Source: Nemertoderma westbladi
Lineage: Eukaryota > Animalia > Xenacoelomorpha
Assembly: GCA_032718475.1 (NCBI GenBank)
Contig: JAUCBJ010006594.1
Coordinates: 1 to 49,153, forward strand
Direction of reading: 5' to 3'
Length of the DNA: 49,153 bases
Part shown: positions 12,501-25,438 of the stretch, piece by piece
Numbering within the stretch: the first letter of the stretch is position 1
Layout: each line of letters opens with the position of its first letter
Program-made: the position numbers and the translations under genes
Notes under the pieces: model-generated
Seen by the model: only the letters and a program-made list of their open reading frames with translations
The model's database searches: none
Told to the model about the DNA's origin: nothing

Positions 12501-14761
12501 GAATTTTCTTATTGTATCGATCTATCACTTCGTTTAATTCGTCATTATATATGAATTGTCCACCATGTTGATCGATAAGATGGCACAAGTTTACTTGGTT
12601 TAACCAAGTTTTATTTTCGGTGAGGAGGTCGATTGTATTTTCCTCGTCATATAATTGGTTAATATCGTCATTATCTGAGGAGTATGGTGTTCCCTCAGTT
12701 GTGGTTTCTCCCTCACTGATTTCTTCTTCCCATTCACTCACCTGATGTATCCTCTCATTAGGGAGTCTTTCCATTAGGGTTCTACGGGAAGGTCCAGTGA
12801 AGTACCAACCTACTCTCGTTCTTCCCGCGTACGTTTGTAATGGTTGCGGTCGAGCAGGCCGTTTTTCTAATGTCTCAAGCGCTTCGTGCGCATTTTGGCC
12901 GATTAATATCTGCACCCCTGGGTAATCGGTGTTGAATCTAGGGATATCATGTTGCTGGGTAAAATGGTCTTCATCCCAGTTGTAAGGTTCCACTTGGCAA
13001 GTAGCAAAGTTCTTTATCGCCACCATTTTTACCGACCTTATGCTATGTTCTCTTAGTTCATCCTGGGGAGTGGACAACGCACTCACGTAGTAATCTGTGG
13101 CTACTGTGGATTTCCAAACCTGCATAATTCCTGAAAGGTTCAACTTAGTTCGGAACTTGGGTTGTCCAGCAAAGATGTCTTCGGCTAATTCTTTGTCGAT
13201 AAATGTACCTGTGCTGCCGGAGTCAAGGAGGGCGTTTACTATCAGGCTCTTCCCTAGCCCATGGACTCTCAGCTGCACCACAGGAAATTCCCGGATTCCG
13301 ACAGAGGAAGTTGGCGCTTTCCAAGATGGTTGTCGGTCCGGAATAGTCAGTCGAGGATCTTCCATTTCTGATTCAGTCTCGTACGTAAACGCTCGATACA
13401 CAGCGGTGTTTATCATATAACAGGATTCATTTTCGTCGGATAATTCGTCCGTGTAGAATCCTTCCATCTCAGAGCTGTGGTCAGTGTCGTTCACATCACT
13501 GAATTTGACATATAGTTCGGGCTCACTTACCTGACTCGTGCGGGTTCTGTCAAATTCTGTGTGCAGCAAGATATGATGTTTTGCGCCGCACTTAGCACAC
13601 CTAGCATCGGAGTAACAGGTCCGTCGTTGGTGTCCTCGTCTGAGACAATTATAACACAACCGCTTATCCCACATGACATTACGTCTATCCTTAAGGGATT
13701 TCTTCAAGAATTCATCACACCCACTCAAGCGATGTGGCCCGTCGCACAATACACATTTGGGCTTGATTTTACTTACTTTAACCTGTGCTATGTTGTGCAC
13801 ACTTGTTCTTTCCTCGGGCTTTCTTCTATGAATTCTCTTAGGAGACGTATGAGGAGTTGTTACATGTTCTCTCCTGTCACTGGTTCGAGACTTAGACTTA
13901 CTTACGTCTTTCCTCGGTTTGTTGACATAATAAGATCTTTCGGTGTCTTTCCCGCTGTTCTCCTCGTATGAGGTTTGGCTTTCGCCGTCGTCTGTATAAC
14001 ACACTGGTGTTACCTTTCTCCTAGAAACGGGTTATTCACTCACCTTACTTTCTGGTGTCTTCTCTCTGGACTGCTTTAGGAGCTGTAATCTTACCTCTCT
14101 GTTTAAGAATGACAGAATGTCCGAATCATGGTTGGATCTCTATGTTGCTGGTCCATCAAATAGAGAACCTTTTTGTCCCAGCGAGTACCTACTCCACCCT
14201 TTGGCAAAGTTGATGCTAAGGCTCCTACAACCATATAATTATGGTATTCTTGAGACTTACCTAACCAGTCTAACTGTCTACAGATCTCCTGAATCTCATC
14301 GGAAAACTCTATAATCCCGCTGCTAAGAAACTTTCGGGGCACCATTAATTTCGCATACAGATACCTAGCTATGTTAGTCCTATTACCATACCTGATGTTT
14401 AGTGTATCCCAAACTTGTCTTAATCCGTCTGGATGTCCAATAAACTTTAACGCCATTAACTTGGGAGGTCCTTCCAGGCACTCGATGAGGAATCTAAGTT
14501 TTTCTCCATTAGATAGTACAGAGTTCTGTATGTTATCTTTATAATATTCATTAAAAGATAACCATTTCATCTCATCTCCATTGAACTTGACGACCTCTCC
14601 CACCTTTACCACTTGACGGGCTTCGGTTCTAGCCATTTGACGTGTAAAACTTTCTTGAGCCATCGTATTATTTAATGTCAAGTTATCAGTATATAAATTT
14701 CTCGGATTATGATCAGATCTGTATGGGATATCATTATCAACAGGTTTATAATTTCCCTTAA

Positions 14762-16306
14762 CCCTATTAAACCCGGGGGGGGGGGTCAATATGACCCCTC
14801 CCGTGGTTTTTTTATTATAATTCTGAAACAAACGCAGTTGGGAATCTGAAATTTTATGGCTTTTCCTAAAAATCTATTGTCTTCCTAGTAGTGAAAACCG
14901 TTTTCAAAAATATTGGGTAGTTATCGAGTTATAGCACCATTTTTAACCCTACTTTTGGCACTTTTTTTGAGACGTTTTTTGAAAATTATATTTCATTAAA
15001 TATGAATTGTAACATCTCTATTTTTGATTTACACCGGTTTTTTTGTGTTAGCAATTGGATGGAATTCATATAAATTGATTTAGAAATTTCAAACTTGCTT
15101 TTTTCTGGGGTACCAAATTTTGGTGCCAGCACCAAATTTTGAAATATGTCAATTTTGAAAATTGATTGTTTGAAACTTGTTTTTTACGCAATTGGGACTT
15201 TTTGGGGTTTTCGTTTCGATGAAATATATACGATTGGACCAAGCGTATCAAACTTGTATTTTTCGGTGCTGTGTGCAATTTTTGGTGCTAACACGAAATT
15301 TTGAAAATCCATTCAATAGATAAAATTGCTTGTGACATTTTATTTCTTGTGTTTTAGAGGTTTATGGCTATTCTGAATTCAATGGAATATATAATTATCG
15401 AACTAGACATCTCAAACTTGTATTTTTCGGAAGTGGGTGCAAAAGTGGTGCTAGCACCAAATTTTGAATACCATCAAATATATAAATTGATTGTGTCATC
15501 TTGTTTCTTTCATTATACGGGTTTGTGAGGGTTCTGAATTTAATGGAATCAGTAAAAATTCATAAGAGTTTTCAAACTTGTATTTTTCGCCGGTGGGTGA
15601 AAATTGTTGCCAGCACCAAATTTTGGAAAATGAGTAAATTTATCAGTAGATAGTATCGTCTTGTTTCTTGCGTTATACGGGTTTATGAGGGTACTGAATC
15701 CGATGGAATCAATAAAAACAGCACTGGACATCGCAAACTTGTACTTTTTGGTGATGGGTACGAAATTTGGTGCTAGCACCAAAATTTGCCCAATTACGCC
15801 GAAAAATACAAGTAACAATAATCTGGCATATTAGAAATGTATTCCATTAGAATCAGCGCCCTAGAAAACCTATAAATGTGAATTTATAGCATCGTATAAG
15901 TGAATTAAAAATTTTGTGTTCTAACTGAAAAGTGCTGGTTACTTGTTTTTTTCATTTTTTTCCTACGCAGAGGACTAAACAGCCATTTATAGTAATCATA
16001 TCATTTTTAAATATTTTCCAATGTATTTTGCGCACCAAAAAACCTGTATTGAAAAACAATTAGCCGAAAAATGTAACTTTCAAATTTTGTGAAAATTGTG
16101 CACTACTTGTAATTTTGGTGCTGCAATATTACCACACCAGTACATTTTTTCGAAAATTTTTTTTTTGGTCGTATCCACACTACTGATACCTACGTACAAA
16201 CAAAAACTCAGGCGTTTTCGTAAAAATTTGTAGATTTTAGAGGGGGGGGTCAATATGACCCCCTCCCGGTATTTGTACAACATTTTACAGCCCGGTACTA
16301 ATAGGG
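14762..16306. mobile_element. Non-autonomous piggyBac-type DNA transposon inserted in gag
   Basis: TTAA duplicated at 14758-14761 and 16307-16310, while copy C has a single TTAA at the homologous site (~29923). Termini are CCCTATTAAACCCGGG and CCCGGTACTAATAGGG. The subterminal palindrome GGGGTCAATATGACCCC occurs near both ends. No transposase ORF. Confidence 0.88.
15060..15800. repeat. ~160-180 bp degenerate tandem repeats inside the piggyBac-type element
   Basis: Recurrent CAAACTTGT...TGGTGCTAGCACCAAA motif near 15121, 15283, 15446, 15607 and 15768. Confidence 0.8.
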
Positions 16307-19300
16307 TTAATAGGGTTTACTATAGGAGTTTCTACTTCACTAGCAGTATAGATGCGCATGTAGGCTCCACTCCACACCTTGCGCATGAACTACTTCAGAC
16401 CTAACAGGTTGACACATTGTTACAGGGGGTGGTGGTATACCCATTTGTATATTTACTAATTTATCGCGCTCTAAAGCGATACTTTGTTGCACTTCTTGCA
16501 ACTCTAACCTACTCTCTCTCACTGTTCCCTTTAACTGCTGAACAGTCCCTTCCAACTCTCGGACCTGCTGGGAAGAACGTTGTTGATGTTCTTCTAGCTG
16601 CCCGAGCAGGCGATTCATCCCCCGCCGTCCCTCGTCCACCCACTCAACTGCTGCCGTGGGAGCCGCCAATGTGGTAGCTAGGTGACGCGTGGGGACGACG
16701 GGAGACAAGTCATTTATGTCTTGCTCGGCGTCCAGGACCGGGAGTGATTCAGGGGCTAGTCTACTGGGCACAGGTAGTTTAGTACTGTGCAAAGGGAATT
16801 TAGAGTTAGGTTCTGTAAGTACAGGGGTCTCTATCACTGGAGTGACTTCAATGACAGGCCTAATTATTTTGGGCTCATCTACTATAGTAGGGAGTCTTTC
16901 TACTCTAATAATTTGGTGTGTAGTCTCAGGATTACTTAAATCTACATTAGCTAGTTGCCTTCTCACCGCAGGAGGTAAATTAGGTAACTTCTGGCGGTGT
17001 GGCGTTCTTCTACGTCCGCTTGAACGAGATTTATTACCTCTACCTTCGGGATCTGTTGTATCACACTCATCGGAGGAGGTAAATCCCTGTCTTCTGAGAG
17101 TAGATCGACTCAGTAACTGCATATGAGTAGCTGTCCTTTGTTTCTTCAAGTAATCTTGTTTCGCCTGAAGGTTCTCCAGCTCTAGTTGGGTAGTCGCTTC
17201 AGATGCCTTCAGTTCTGCATCTGCCACTGCCGCCTTTCTTTCAGCCTCTGCAGCTAACGCCTTCCTCTCAGATTCTGCCGCTGCTGCTGCTGCTTTTCTT
17301 TCAGATTCCGCCGCTGCTGCTGACCTTCGGTCTTCTATTTGCCATTTCTTTAATTGTTCTTCTTGATCCATTGCCATGAGGATGCTTTCATCAAATTTAG
17401 CCTGCTCCGCGGCTAATATTTCTGCATCTAACGAGTCCAACACAAATTTGGCTCCCTCACTATTAGGATGAAGTCCAGCTAGCCGTCTCCTTAGCTCTTT
17501 GTCACCTATAAATCGTTGATTGTCCGACAGATAGATGTCAATAGCATCCTTCTTCGCCTTCCACTTGAGAAAAGGTAGCGTCTGTTGATTCTCCGTGGGT
17601 CGCGCGCTCAGTTAGCTGAACTTTCCATTGTGTCGTTTCCTGGACTTTAAGACTCACCCGTTGGAACCAAGTCTTTACGGCTACTTGCAACGACGTGTCT
17701 TGGCTTCTCTTCGAGGCTTCCTCAAAGGCTGAAAGGATTAGTCTGATCCGTAAGATTCGTTCTGGCACTTGATAAAGCAAATAAATTAAAATAAAAATAA
17801 ATTACTTCTCATTATCCTGTAACCTTGGAGAGTTGGTTAGTTCTACAGCAGTACAGTACCGGTAGCTGAGTAGGCCTACATCAGTACATTGGTAATATAC
17901 TCTACACTGTGCCCGGTAATTGCCGGTAAATGCCTACATCTGTCTGCCTGTACAATGTATAGTCTGTACATGTCTCTACAGCACTAGGCCTACTGCAGTA
18001 CTGGAACAGGCTGACAGACAGACTGCTGGACTAGTAACAGGTACAGGCCTAACCGAACAGCTGATCGGGCAACTCTGATCAGGTAATTTATTTTGGAGGA
18101 TGTGGAAAACCGCCATTTAATTTAAATATATAATTGACATCTTACAGTTGTATGATTAAGTCCGCTACTTTCCCAAGTGTGTTATTTTTTTGTGTAGATT
18201 TTAATTACAGCTATGTTCGCCTATGTTCCGCTTGTATTCTATTGTGTTCTGCTGTGTTCTACTGTGTTCTGCTGTGTTCTGTAAAAAGAACTATCCCTGA
18301 ACGCTCTCAGTGGAGTGCTACTTGTTGGACACTATTACTGATAATTCTACTTTACTAAGTTACTTATCACTACAAATTACTTACAATTACAGTTTGAGAT
18401 TACAATCTCTAAATAAACAATAACAAGTTACACGTATAATTTGTTAGGGTAATTTTACAAGAAATCTACAAACCAGCCTAACAAGGAGTTAGAATTTCTG
18501 GTTCTTACAAACTGACAGGAATCTACGGTATTTGAAAACAATAAAGTAGTAGTAAGTAAGTTGCGTTGTCCAGATAAGAAAATACCACCGTCTGACGACT
18601 TATAGTCTTAGATAAGTACTACGTTATGTACCCAGAGTGTCCTTACCTAGAGGTTAATTACCGAAGCCAACCAGAGCTAACATGCCTATTAACCACTTTA
18701 CAACACAAATATACTGCCTACACACAAAATTACTTTCGGAAAGCACTGTACGCTAAACCCTAAATTAGGTACAAGTACTTATACAACAAATAACCAGCAG
18801 TTAAATATACTTGAACAGCCAAAAGAACCACGGTATCTGCTGGAGTGATCGGGGCACAAAATCACCAGTCTTTACCTACGCCAAGCAGCCCTGATGTAGT
18901 ACCGGGGTTAATTTAACTATAACGGTATGTATAACAAGCACAATTACTGTAGGAATGAACTTGGGGAGTTGGAGGTTGTGAATACTCGCATAGACTCTGA
19001 ATAATAAATATTAAGCTACCCATGCAGACTATTCAAATAAAATACAGACCAAATGCTGGCAGACTACTGTCAAGCCTAAATAAACTACAGTATATGCAGA
19101 CTCCGAAATGGTTAGTTAGTAGGCGTTCTAACCGAGTACTATGACTTATTCTTTCAGGGGGGATTTACCTTACAGCACTGGATGCCCCCACCTTCCTAAC
19201 TAGCACTTTATCGGACAGACACTCTACACACACTGCAATCGCTTCAGACCTAACAACAGTTAGACAACAATCCGGCCTACAAATTATTTGTACAATCTGA

Positions 19301-19571
19301 GCAGGCTTACATGCCTTCTGCTCAATATTATACTTACAGATAAATAAAACTGACAGAAATAAGTAAAATCCCAATAAAAAACCAGGGCTGCAGTCCCCGA
19401 TTAAATATCAAGACCTACCGGTGTATAATTATCACAATCGAAATAATACTGCTGCACTTGCCTGTAAGTACCGGTTTGGGTGGTTAGGCAGTTAGGCCTA
19501 CAGCTTACCGTCCGACCGGTACATTCGACTTTATTGCCCACGGTGCAATAAAGAAACTTGAAATCTATTAT

Positions 19572-19971
19572 TGTTCGCACTTTTAGACCTTTAGCAGTTT
19601 AACCTGCCAATTTTAGTTGTCCTCTTGTTTATAAATCGACTTTAGCCTATATCAATTATTAAATGTACTGAAGTTACATCAGCCGAAGCCAGTCTGTGCG
19701 CGATCATTCACCCACAGTTAAGGGAGACTGGATTCGGATTCCTTGATAGTTATTGCAGGGTAGACCTACTGTATTATTCGATTGATCGTTACTATATAAT
19801 CTCTGACAATATATTTACTTTCGGGGAAATATTAACAGTTCCTTTTAGGACGTGGCGCTTTCAGTATAAAAACAGAGTTATGACTTATACTAATCACAAC
19901 TAGATGGCCACAGAGTTTCGTAAATAGCGCATTCTTTAGGAAATGCTTTATTATCTTTCACACTACTTCAC
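19572..19971 (-). repeat. 5' LTR remnant of copy B (only its 3' ~400 bp)
   Basis: Near-identical to 6554-6952; similarity stops abruptly after CACACTACTTCAC. Confidence 0.9.
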
Positions 19972-20335
19972 TATCCCATTCCAACACAACCTGAAGAAAC
20001 ACTTTTTAGATAAACTTACATCCACGGATAACTCGGTGTTCACAATAACATCGTTTTTTTCGATAATACGAATAATTGGTTTAATTAAAAAAGTTTAAGT
20101 GTTGCTGCAGGTATAAATCCTGCCTTTAAAATTACTCATTTTACCAATTTACCCAAATAACTGTATTTTATCAGTTACGGTGTTATATTAATAATTTCTT
20201 ACAGATTATTCTTCAGTGAAAGGTTCATACGCCATCTAGTGCTATCATACCTGTATTTGAACTTATTTGTCGTTAAGGAACATCAATAGAGTGAGTGATC
20301 TACTAGGATCGGCATGCTGCATTGCAGCTGCATTT

Positions 20336-20780
20336 TTAAGAATGCTGTGCCGGCTTGTCAACAAAATTGCACCGCCACAACTCCTTATCACCCATGACAT
20401 TTGCTAGATCATCCGCATCTTTAAGGCCAGTGTCCTTTAAGATGCGTCTCAAGAAAGTCATGGGCTGTCCACCATGCTTATTCACTCCATGAGGCTGCCA
20501 AAGTACAAGATTATGCACTGGCTGGTCCTCACGGCGAAAGCAATGTCCTGCAAAGCGGAGGCGATTTTGTTCTAGTGTCAAGCTTGGGGGAACCAATGAG
20601 ACACCTCCAATGTTATATAGTGTCTGGTTGGAGATGTGTGCATTGTACTTGACACAATGTACCCGGCGTAGCATTCTTGTGAATGTGCCATCCAGAGATT
20701 TGGTGTCCTCAGCAGTTAGAGCCCAGCATGGACTCCCGTAGAGGAGTACTGGAACTACTGCTGCTCTAAACAATCGGACC
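20336..20780 (-). pseudogene. RTE-clade LINE ORF C-terminal fragment
   Basis: LFRAAVVPVLLYGSPCWALT...LDGTFTRMLRRV...RLRFAGHCFRREDQPVHNLVLWQP...DTGL...MGDKELWR is the characteristic RTE post-RT region; 5'-truncated. Confidence 0.85.
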
Positions 20781-23659
20781 TCATGAGTGTTCTCCTATTG
20801 GCCGTAATAATTGCATTAGCCTTCCCTGAGTATATAATGTTTGTTACCTGTTAATTCCAACCAGTAGGTTTGGAGCTCTGCAGAGATTACTTCTCATGCA
20901 GACGTTATACCTCTGGTCAGGTCGCTGCCAGTGGTATTTATTACATGTCCATGTACATTATATTGTAAATGTTTGAATTGAATTATAATTTACACTTGTA
21001 ATTTGTTCTGTCGTTAAACATAATTTGCTCTCTTATCATTGATTATACCGCCGATATTACGTAATCAAGGAGATTTTACACGCGCCAATTATAAGGTGGA
21101 TCTATGCAATTAAGTATCAGTGGTAATCTGGACAATTGTAATAGAAGTGTGTTGCTCTGTCTCTGACTTACTAAATAATAAATATATGGCGATATACCAG
21201 ACCATTAATATAAGAAAGGCCCTTCTTACATTATTAATTTTTTGTATTATTTATTTTACATTATTTATACATTTGTATTATTAATTGTATCATGATTGAG
21301 AGTTGTCATAAATTAATTACGATATAAATATTTATATAATTGTACATAAAGGCAAGTCACTATACGTTTTTCCTAAAGAGAAACACAAATACCACAATTG
21401 AATCCTTACAGAATTAATTAGTCAGTCATTTGCTTGTTATATTGTGTTGTCACACCCTCCTGGTATCGTATCTCAGTTAAATACAATAGATAATCAAATA
21501 CCGTATTGAGCCAAATAAGTTATAGAGTAAACCAACTTATGAGAGGAAGGCAAAGGGGAAGCGATCGATACAGTAAGCGGCCCTTGTTGACAGGTACACT
21601 AGCGCAATCCCGTTTATTGTGTCAGACCAGCAGTTTATAGAATGTCATAAATGCATGAATTCTCAGTTCTGAATACTACAAATCAAAAATATACCAAATT
21701 GAGATTGAAGGAACATAATTTACTAAAAGCGCTAACAGTAATAAATAATCTTACCCCTCGCCCTCTCATCTCTTTTTTGACTGTTTTGATTTGCTTATTT
21801 GTTTTATTAATGTGCTTATTTTTCTCTAATTTCGACTGATCATCGTAATTGGTAGGGATTTGGTGCATAAATATTTATCAATTTATATTATAGACCTGGC
21901 GGCCCGTTTATCGTATTTGGTAAATATTCCGCAAGTATTTGATAAACTTATTTACTGGTGTATAACTGGAGTGTGTAAAGGAGTACTTTATATATCGTTA
22001 TTTATAATTGGTGTATTTGTTGTTTTTTGCTTTCATGTATTGGTGAGTATTGAACATTAACTGACAGCGCCCTATGTGTTGTTGGACCTTGTAAGGCGTA
22101 GACGTTCGTTTTCTACTGTAAGTCGGGTACAATAGGTAAAATCCCGCTGCAATAATTTTAGATTGGTCGGGTCAGATAATAGACGGAATCTCATATTTAC
22201 TGTAAAACATTTTACGTCTCATGTGAATCATTCATTTTACGTCTCATGTTCATGTGAATTACCGGTATCTGATTGCTTGGCTTCATAGTGTATTAAGTAA
22301 ATGCGTAATTATTTTGTAGGCTTCATTTTATCCCCTATTTCATTCCTATTTCCATTATTGGAACACATAAAGTTTTTATCTCGTTGTGGGAGGAAATATA
22401 ACTTTATTCCCGACTCCCGACCTTTCATACTTGGTTTTATGAAATTGAGGCGCAGAAGTACGACTGGCCCATCAACAATATCCACAACATAGTCTCTGGA
22501 TGAATCGTGGGGCACCTCAGTTTCTTTAATCGAGTATTGAACTGTTATTTATCGACTTACCCCCAGTGCAGACTTATTAGTTCGAATTTTTCAGTCGATC
22601 GGAACCATTTTCTGCAATCTTAGCCCATCAACAGTTCGTTATACCCGACGTTAGGCGAAGTAACTAAGAGCCCTAATTAGCGTAAGCGGCAATCGTGAGG
22701 ACGCATTCTACTAACCGTATCTATTGTTTTTATTTGTGCTATTAACGGTTGTCTTTTGTCTGGTTTCGGCGTCCTAAACGCTCGGAACGTTTACAAACCT
22801 CCTGGTAAATTCCCACAGTCTTACTGTCCTATTAATTTGTTTTGTTTGTGTACTACACTGAAGTAAACTCAAAGTTTACACCACCATTTGTAACGTAGGT
22901 ACTTTAGGTATAAGTAACGTTTTGTATTAATTTTATAATTGTGCGGTTTTTTATTCCGATATTATTATTCCATAATAAATATACAAGGAACATTTAACCG
23001 ATATACATACATATTATCGAGCTACTTAACATTTCAGCTCATTATTTCCACCTCAGATCCATTATTTACAACTTGGACCTCTGTCAGAATAATATTTAAA
23101 AAACCAATATATTTCTCAGGTGGAATTATTAACCCAATAGGCCTGCATTCTCTGCCTTAGTAGCTGTAGCTAGTTAGGCCACTGTTGCAGTGATAGCTAT
23201 AGTACTCAGCTTGCCCACCACAGCTTATACAATTGACTGGTGATTGGCCGTGTTACACTAAAGCATAGCATACCCCTTCCCAATAGCGGCATACTACCTA
23301 AGTCAGCCTCACCTTCATTACTGTTGGGTTGTACTAATCTCTGAACCAATAGGAGATAATTCATTGCCCTTGGTGATATTTCTGCTTATAAGGAGTTAAA
23401 CCTGATAATTCTCCCCATCTAGCGGTGAAACAAAATATCTATCATGGCATTACTTTAGACAGATAAATTACCGGTCCCATTTTTATTATTTACCGGTGAT
23501 TGGCGATTTGTGAGTTTGAACTAATACTGTGTTAGTCATTTGGGTGCAATTGTAATAATTATTTGTTGTTGCAATAAATGGTCGATAATAAAGGGAAGGC
23601 ATAACAATCACAAAAGGGGTTAATAAAATAAAATTTCGTCGAAATAATATTTAGTAAAA

Positions 23660-24243
23660 ATGTCTTATCGCTCCAGTGCTAATAAAAGTGCTTCAGACAG
23701 TTTCCTTAGTGACCAAACCCCTAATCTTGATGTGACTGCGATACCAATGCATTCTGACTCGGACAGATCCCCGACTAGAGAATTGCCCGAGCCGGAGCGT
23801 CCCGGTTCCAATCAATTATCCAATCAAACCTATTATGCCCTGTAAATTAGGTCGACCTGTCACCCGAACAGACCAATCCACTACTGGCCTCGAAACACAA
23901 ATGGACCAACCACGAGTGACTGCGACTTCCGACTTAGACCGGACGGAAGTTGATACAGCCACAGGATTAAACCTGCCAATAGGAACGGACCCACTAATGG
24001 CCCCTTCCCCAGGTTTATTAATCGGTCTACTAAGGGCCATTGACAATTACAGAGCCTCCGAAAGGGGTGCGAAAGTACAGATACTTTCAATGACCGGTAC
24101 AGAGATGCAACAGACTGTATTGCAATACTACAATTATCCTTCAATGGATAAGTTTTTTCCACTACATTCTGCCACCTCTGATGAACTAACGGAGTTGAAA
24201 GTACCCGCAGACCCCACTGACATCACCAAAGTGGGAAAGACCC
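23660..24243 (+). pseudogene. gag N-terminus of a divergent relative (copy D), interrupted by copy C
   Basis: SDSFL...LDVT...DSDRS resembles SDSLLDVTICDSDRG. DPLMAPSPGLLIGLLRAIDNY resembles DPLLVLPAAVLTRLLIAVEEH. VLQYYNYP..DKFFPL resembles VESQWNFPGPGLPFDL. There is one frameshift, and the ORF ends exactly at the LTR start 24244. Confidence 0.6.
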
Positions 24244-25438
24244 TGTAAAAGCTTTTGCGTCATTAACCGGTTATTTTCCCTTAAAGTACTCTGTAGTTGG
24301 TTTGCCAGGCATAAAAAGGCCGTGTCCTTGCTGTACTGGTGTTTTAGAGGACATAAAAGTCATTTCTTATGTATTTGTACTGTATTTGTACTTTAGAGGA
24401 CAGAATCCACAATCTCGTGACGCGATAAGCTCGATACTCTTGAAAACAGTGTCGCTACCATGACGATGGCTAACAGCTGATATTGCCACGTCGACGTTTC
24501 TTTGTTTCTTTGTTCTCTCGTTGTTCGGTTGACCAATCAGAGCGTTTGTTGTCTCTGTGTTGGAGGTGTATACAGAGGCTCAGTAGTTCAGTGTTATGTT
24601 TTTGCCCAGAGCCTAAGAACCGGCTTTTGGCACCTCCGTGTTTTCAGTTTTTAGTCTAATACTAGTAGGCTTAATTATAAGGACATATATCCGTTATCTG
24701 ATGTCTGATCACTGATGAACTAAACATAACATACCATACCTAATCAAACAACCTGTGCATACTTTATATTGTTATACTGCTATTTACTGTCAGTTCTTCA
24801 TAATATGGTTGATGAATTATTATATTTGGAATAACGATAAATAACCCCGAAAACCCAATATTCTTGATATACCGAAGGTAAGAGAGAAAGGTTACATATA
24901 ACGATTGTGACTTATGTTAAAGTGGTTTGAAGTGAATCTAATGTTATTTGATAGACCCTACATGATTCGGTCCGTGTTCCTTTTATATGTGACTAAAATC
25001 AGTGAAGATCGGCAGATCAGTATGCAGTATTGTGCAGCATTGTGTATGAGTGAGACTGATAACGAAGCATTTCCTAAAGAATGCGCCATATATGTGAATT
25101 GTAACTAAGCCATATCGTTGTGAGTAGTTTAAGTCATAACTCTGTTTATAGATAGAGCGCCACGTCCTAAAGGAACTGTTAATATTCCCCGAAGGTGAAT
25201 AATATTGTCAGAGATTATATAATACTGTCAGTCGAATAATATATTAGGCTTACATAGCAATACGATTAAGCCGTCGAACCCAATCTCCCGGGTATATCCA
25301 GCGGGTGAATGATCGCGCACCGATTGGTTTCGACTAGTGTAGTGAATCAAATATTTGTCAGAGGCTAAAAGTGATTTATTATCTAGAAGACATCCTAATT
25401 TGGCGGGTTAAACTGCCAAAGGTCTGAAAGCGCGAACA
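24244..25438 (+). repeat. 5' LTR of copy C (~1195 bp)
   Basis: TGTAAAAGCTTT...GAAAGCGCGAACA. Shares with the other LTRs the blocks GCATTTCCTAAAGAATGC, GCGCCACGTCCTAAAGGAACTGTTAATATT and GGGTGAATGATCGCGCA; CCAATCAGAGCG is shared with copy B. Confidence 0.87.

Larger units (their letters stand above)
9558..17780 (-). pseudogene. gag-pol polyprotein of copy B, fragmented
   Basis: ORFs 17538-17780, 16340-17443 and 14103-14831 (gag); 12103-14004 (three Cys/His knuckles, protease LLDSGS); 10916-11863 (YMDD, RNase H FGDAS); 9916-10458 and 9538-9855 (integrase HHCC, DLFGP, SDKGTNF). All align to copy C. Confidence 0.92.
6554..19971 (-). mobile_element. BEL/Pao LTR retrotransposon copy B (degenerate)
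   Basis: Paired LTR sequence at both ends, with gag, PR, RT, RH and partial IN in BEL order. Carries stops, frameshifts, internal deletions and a nested DNA transposon. Confidence 0.92.

Noticed and set aside
14762-14831. N-terminus of the 242-aa ORF 14103-14831
   Set aside because: Chance read-in from the inserted piggyBac-type terminus; not part of gag.
24705-24730. CTGATGA in the LTR of copy C (also at ~24178)
   Set aside because: No stem II plus GAAA follows, and it is not conserved in the other LTRs.
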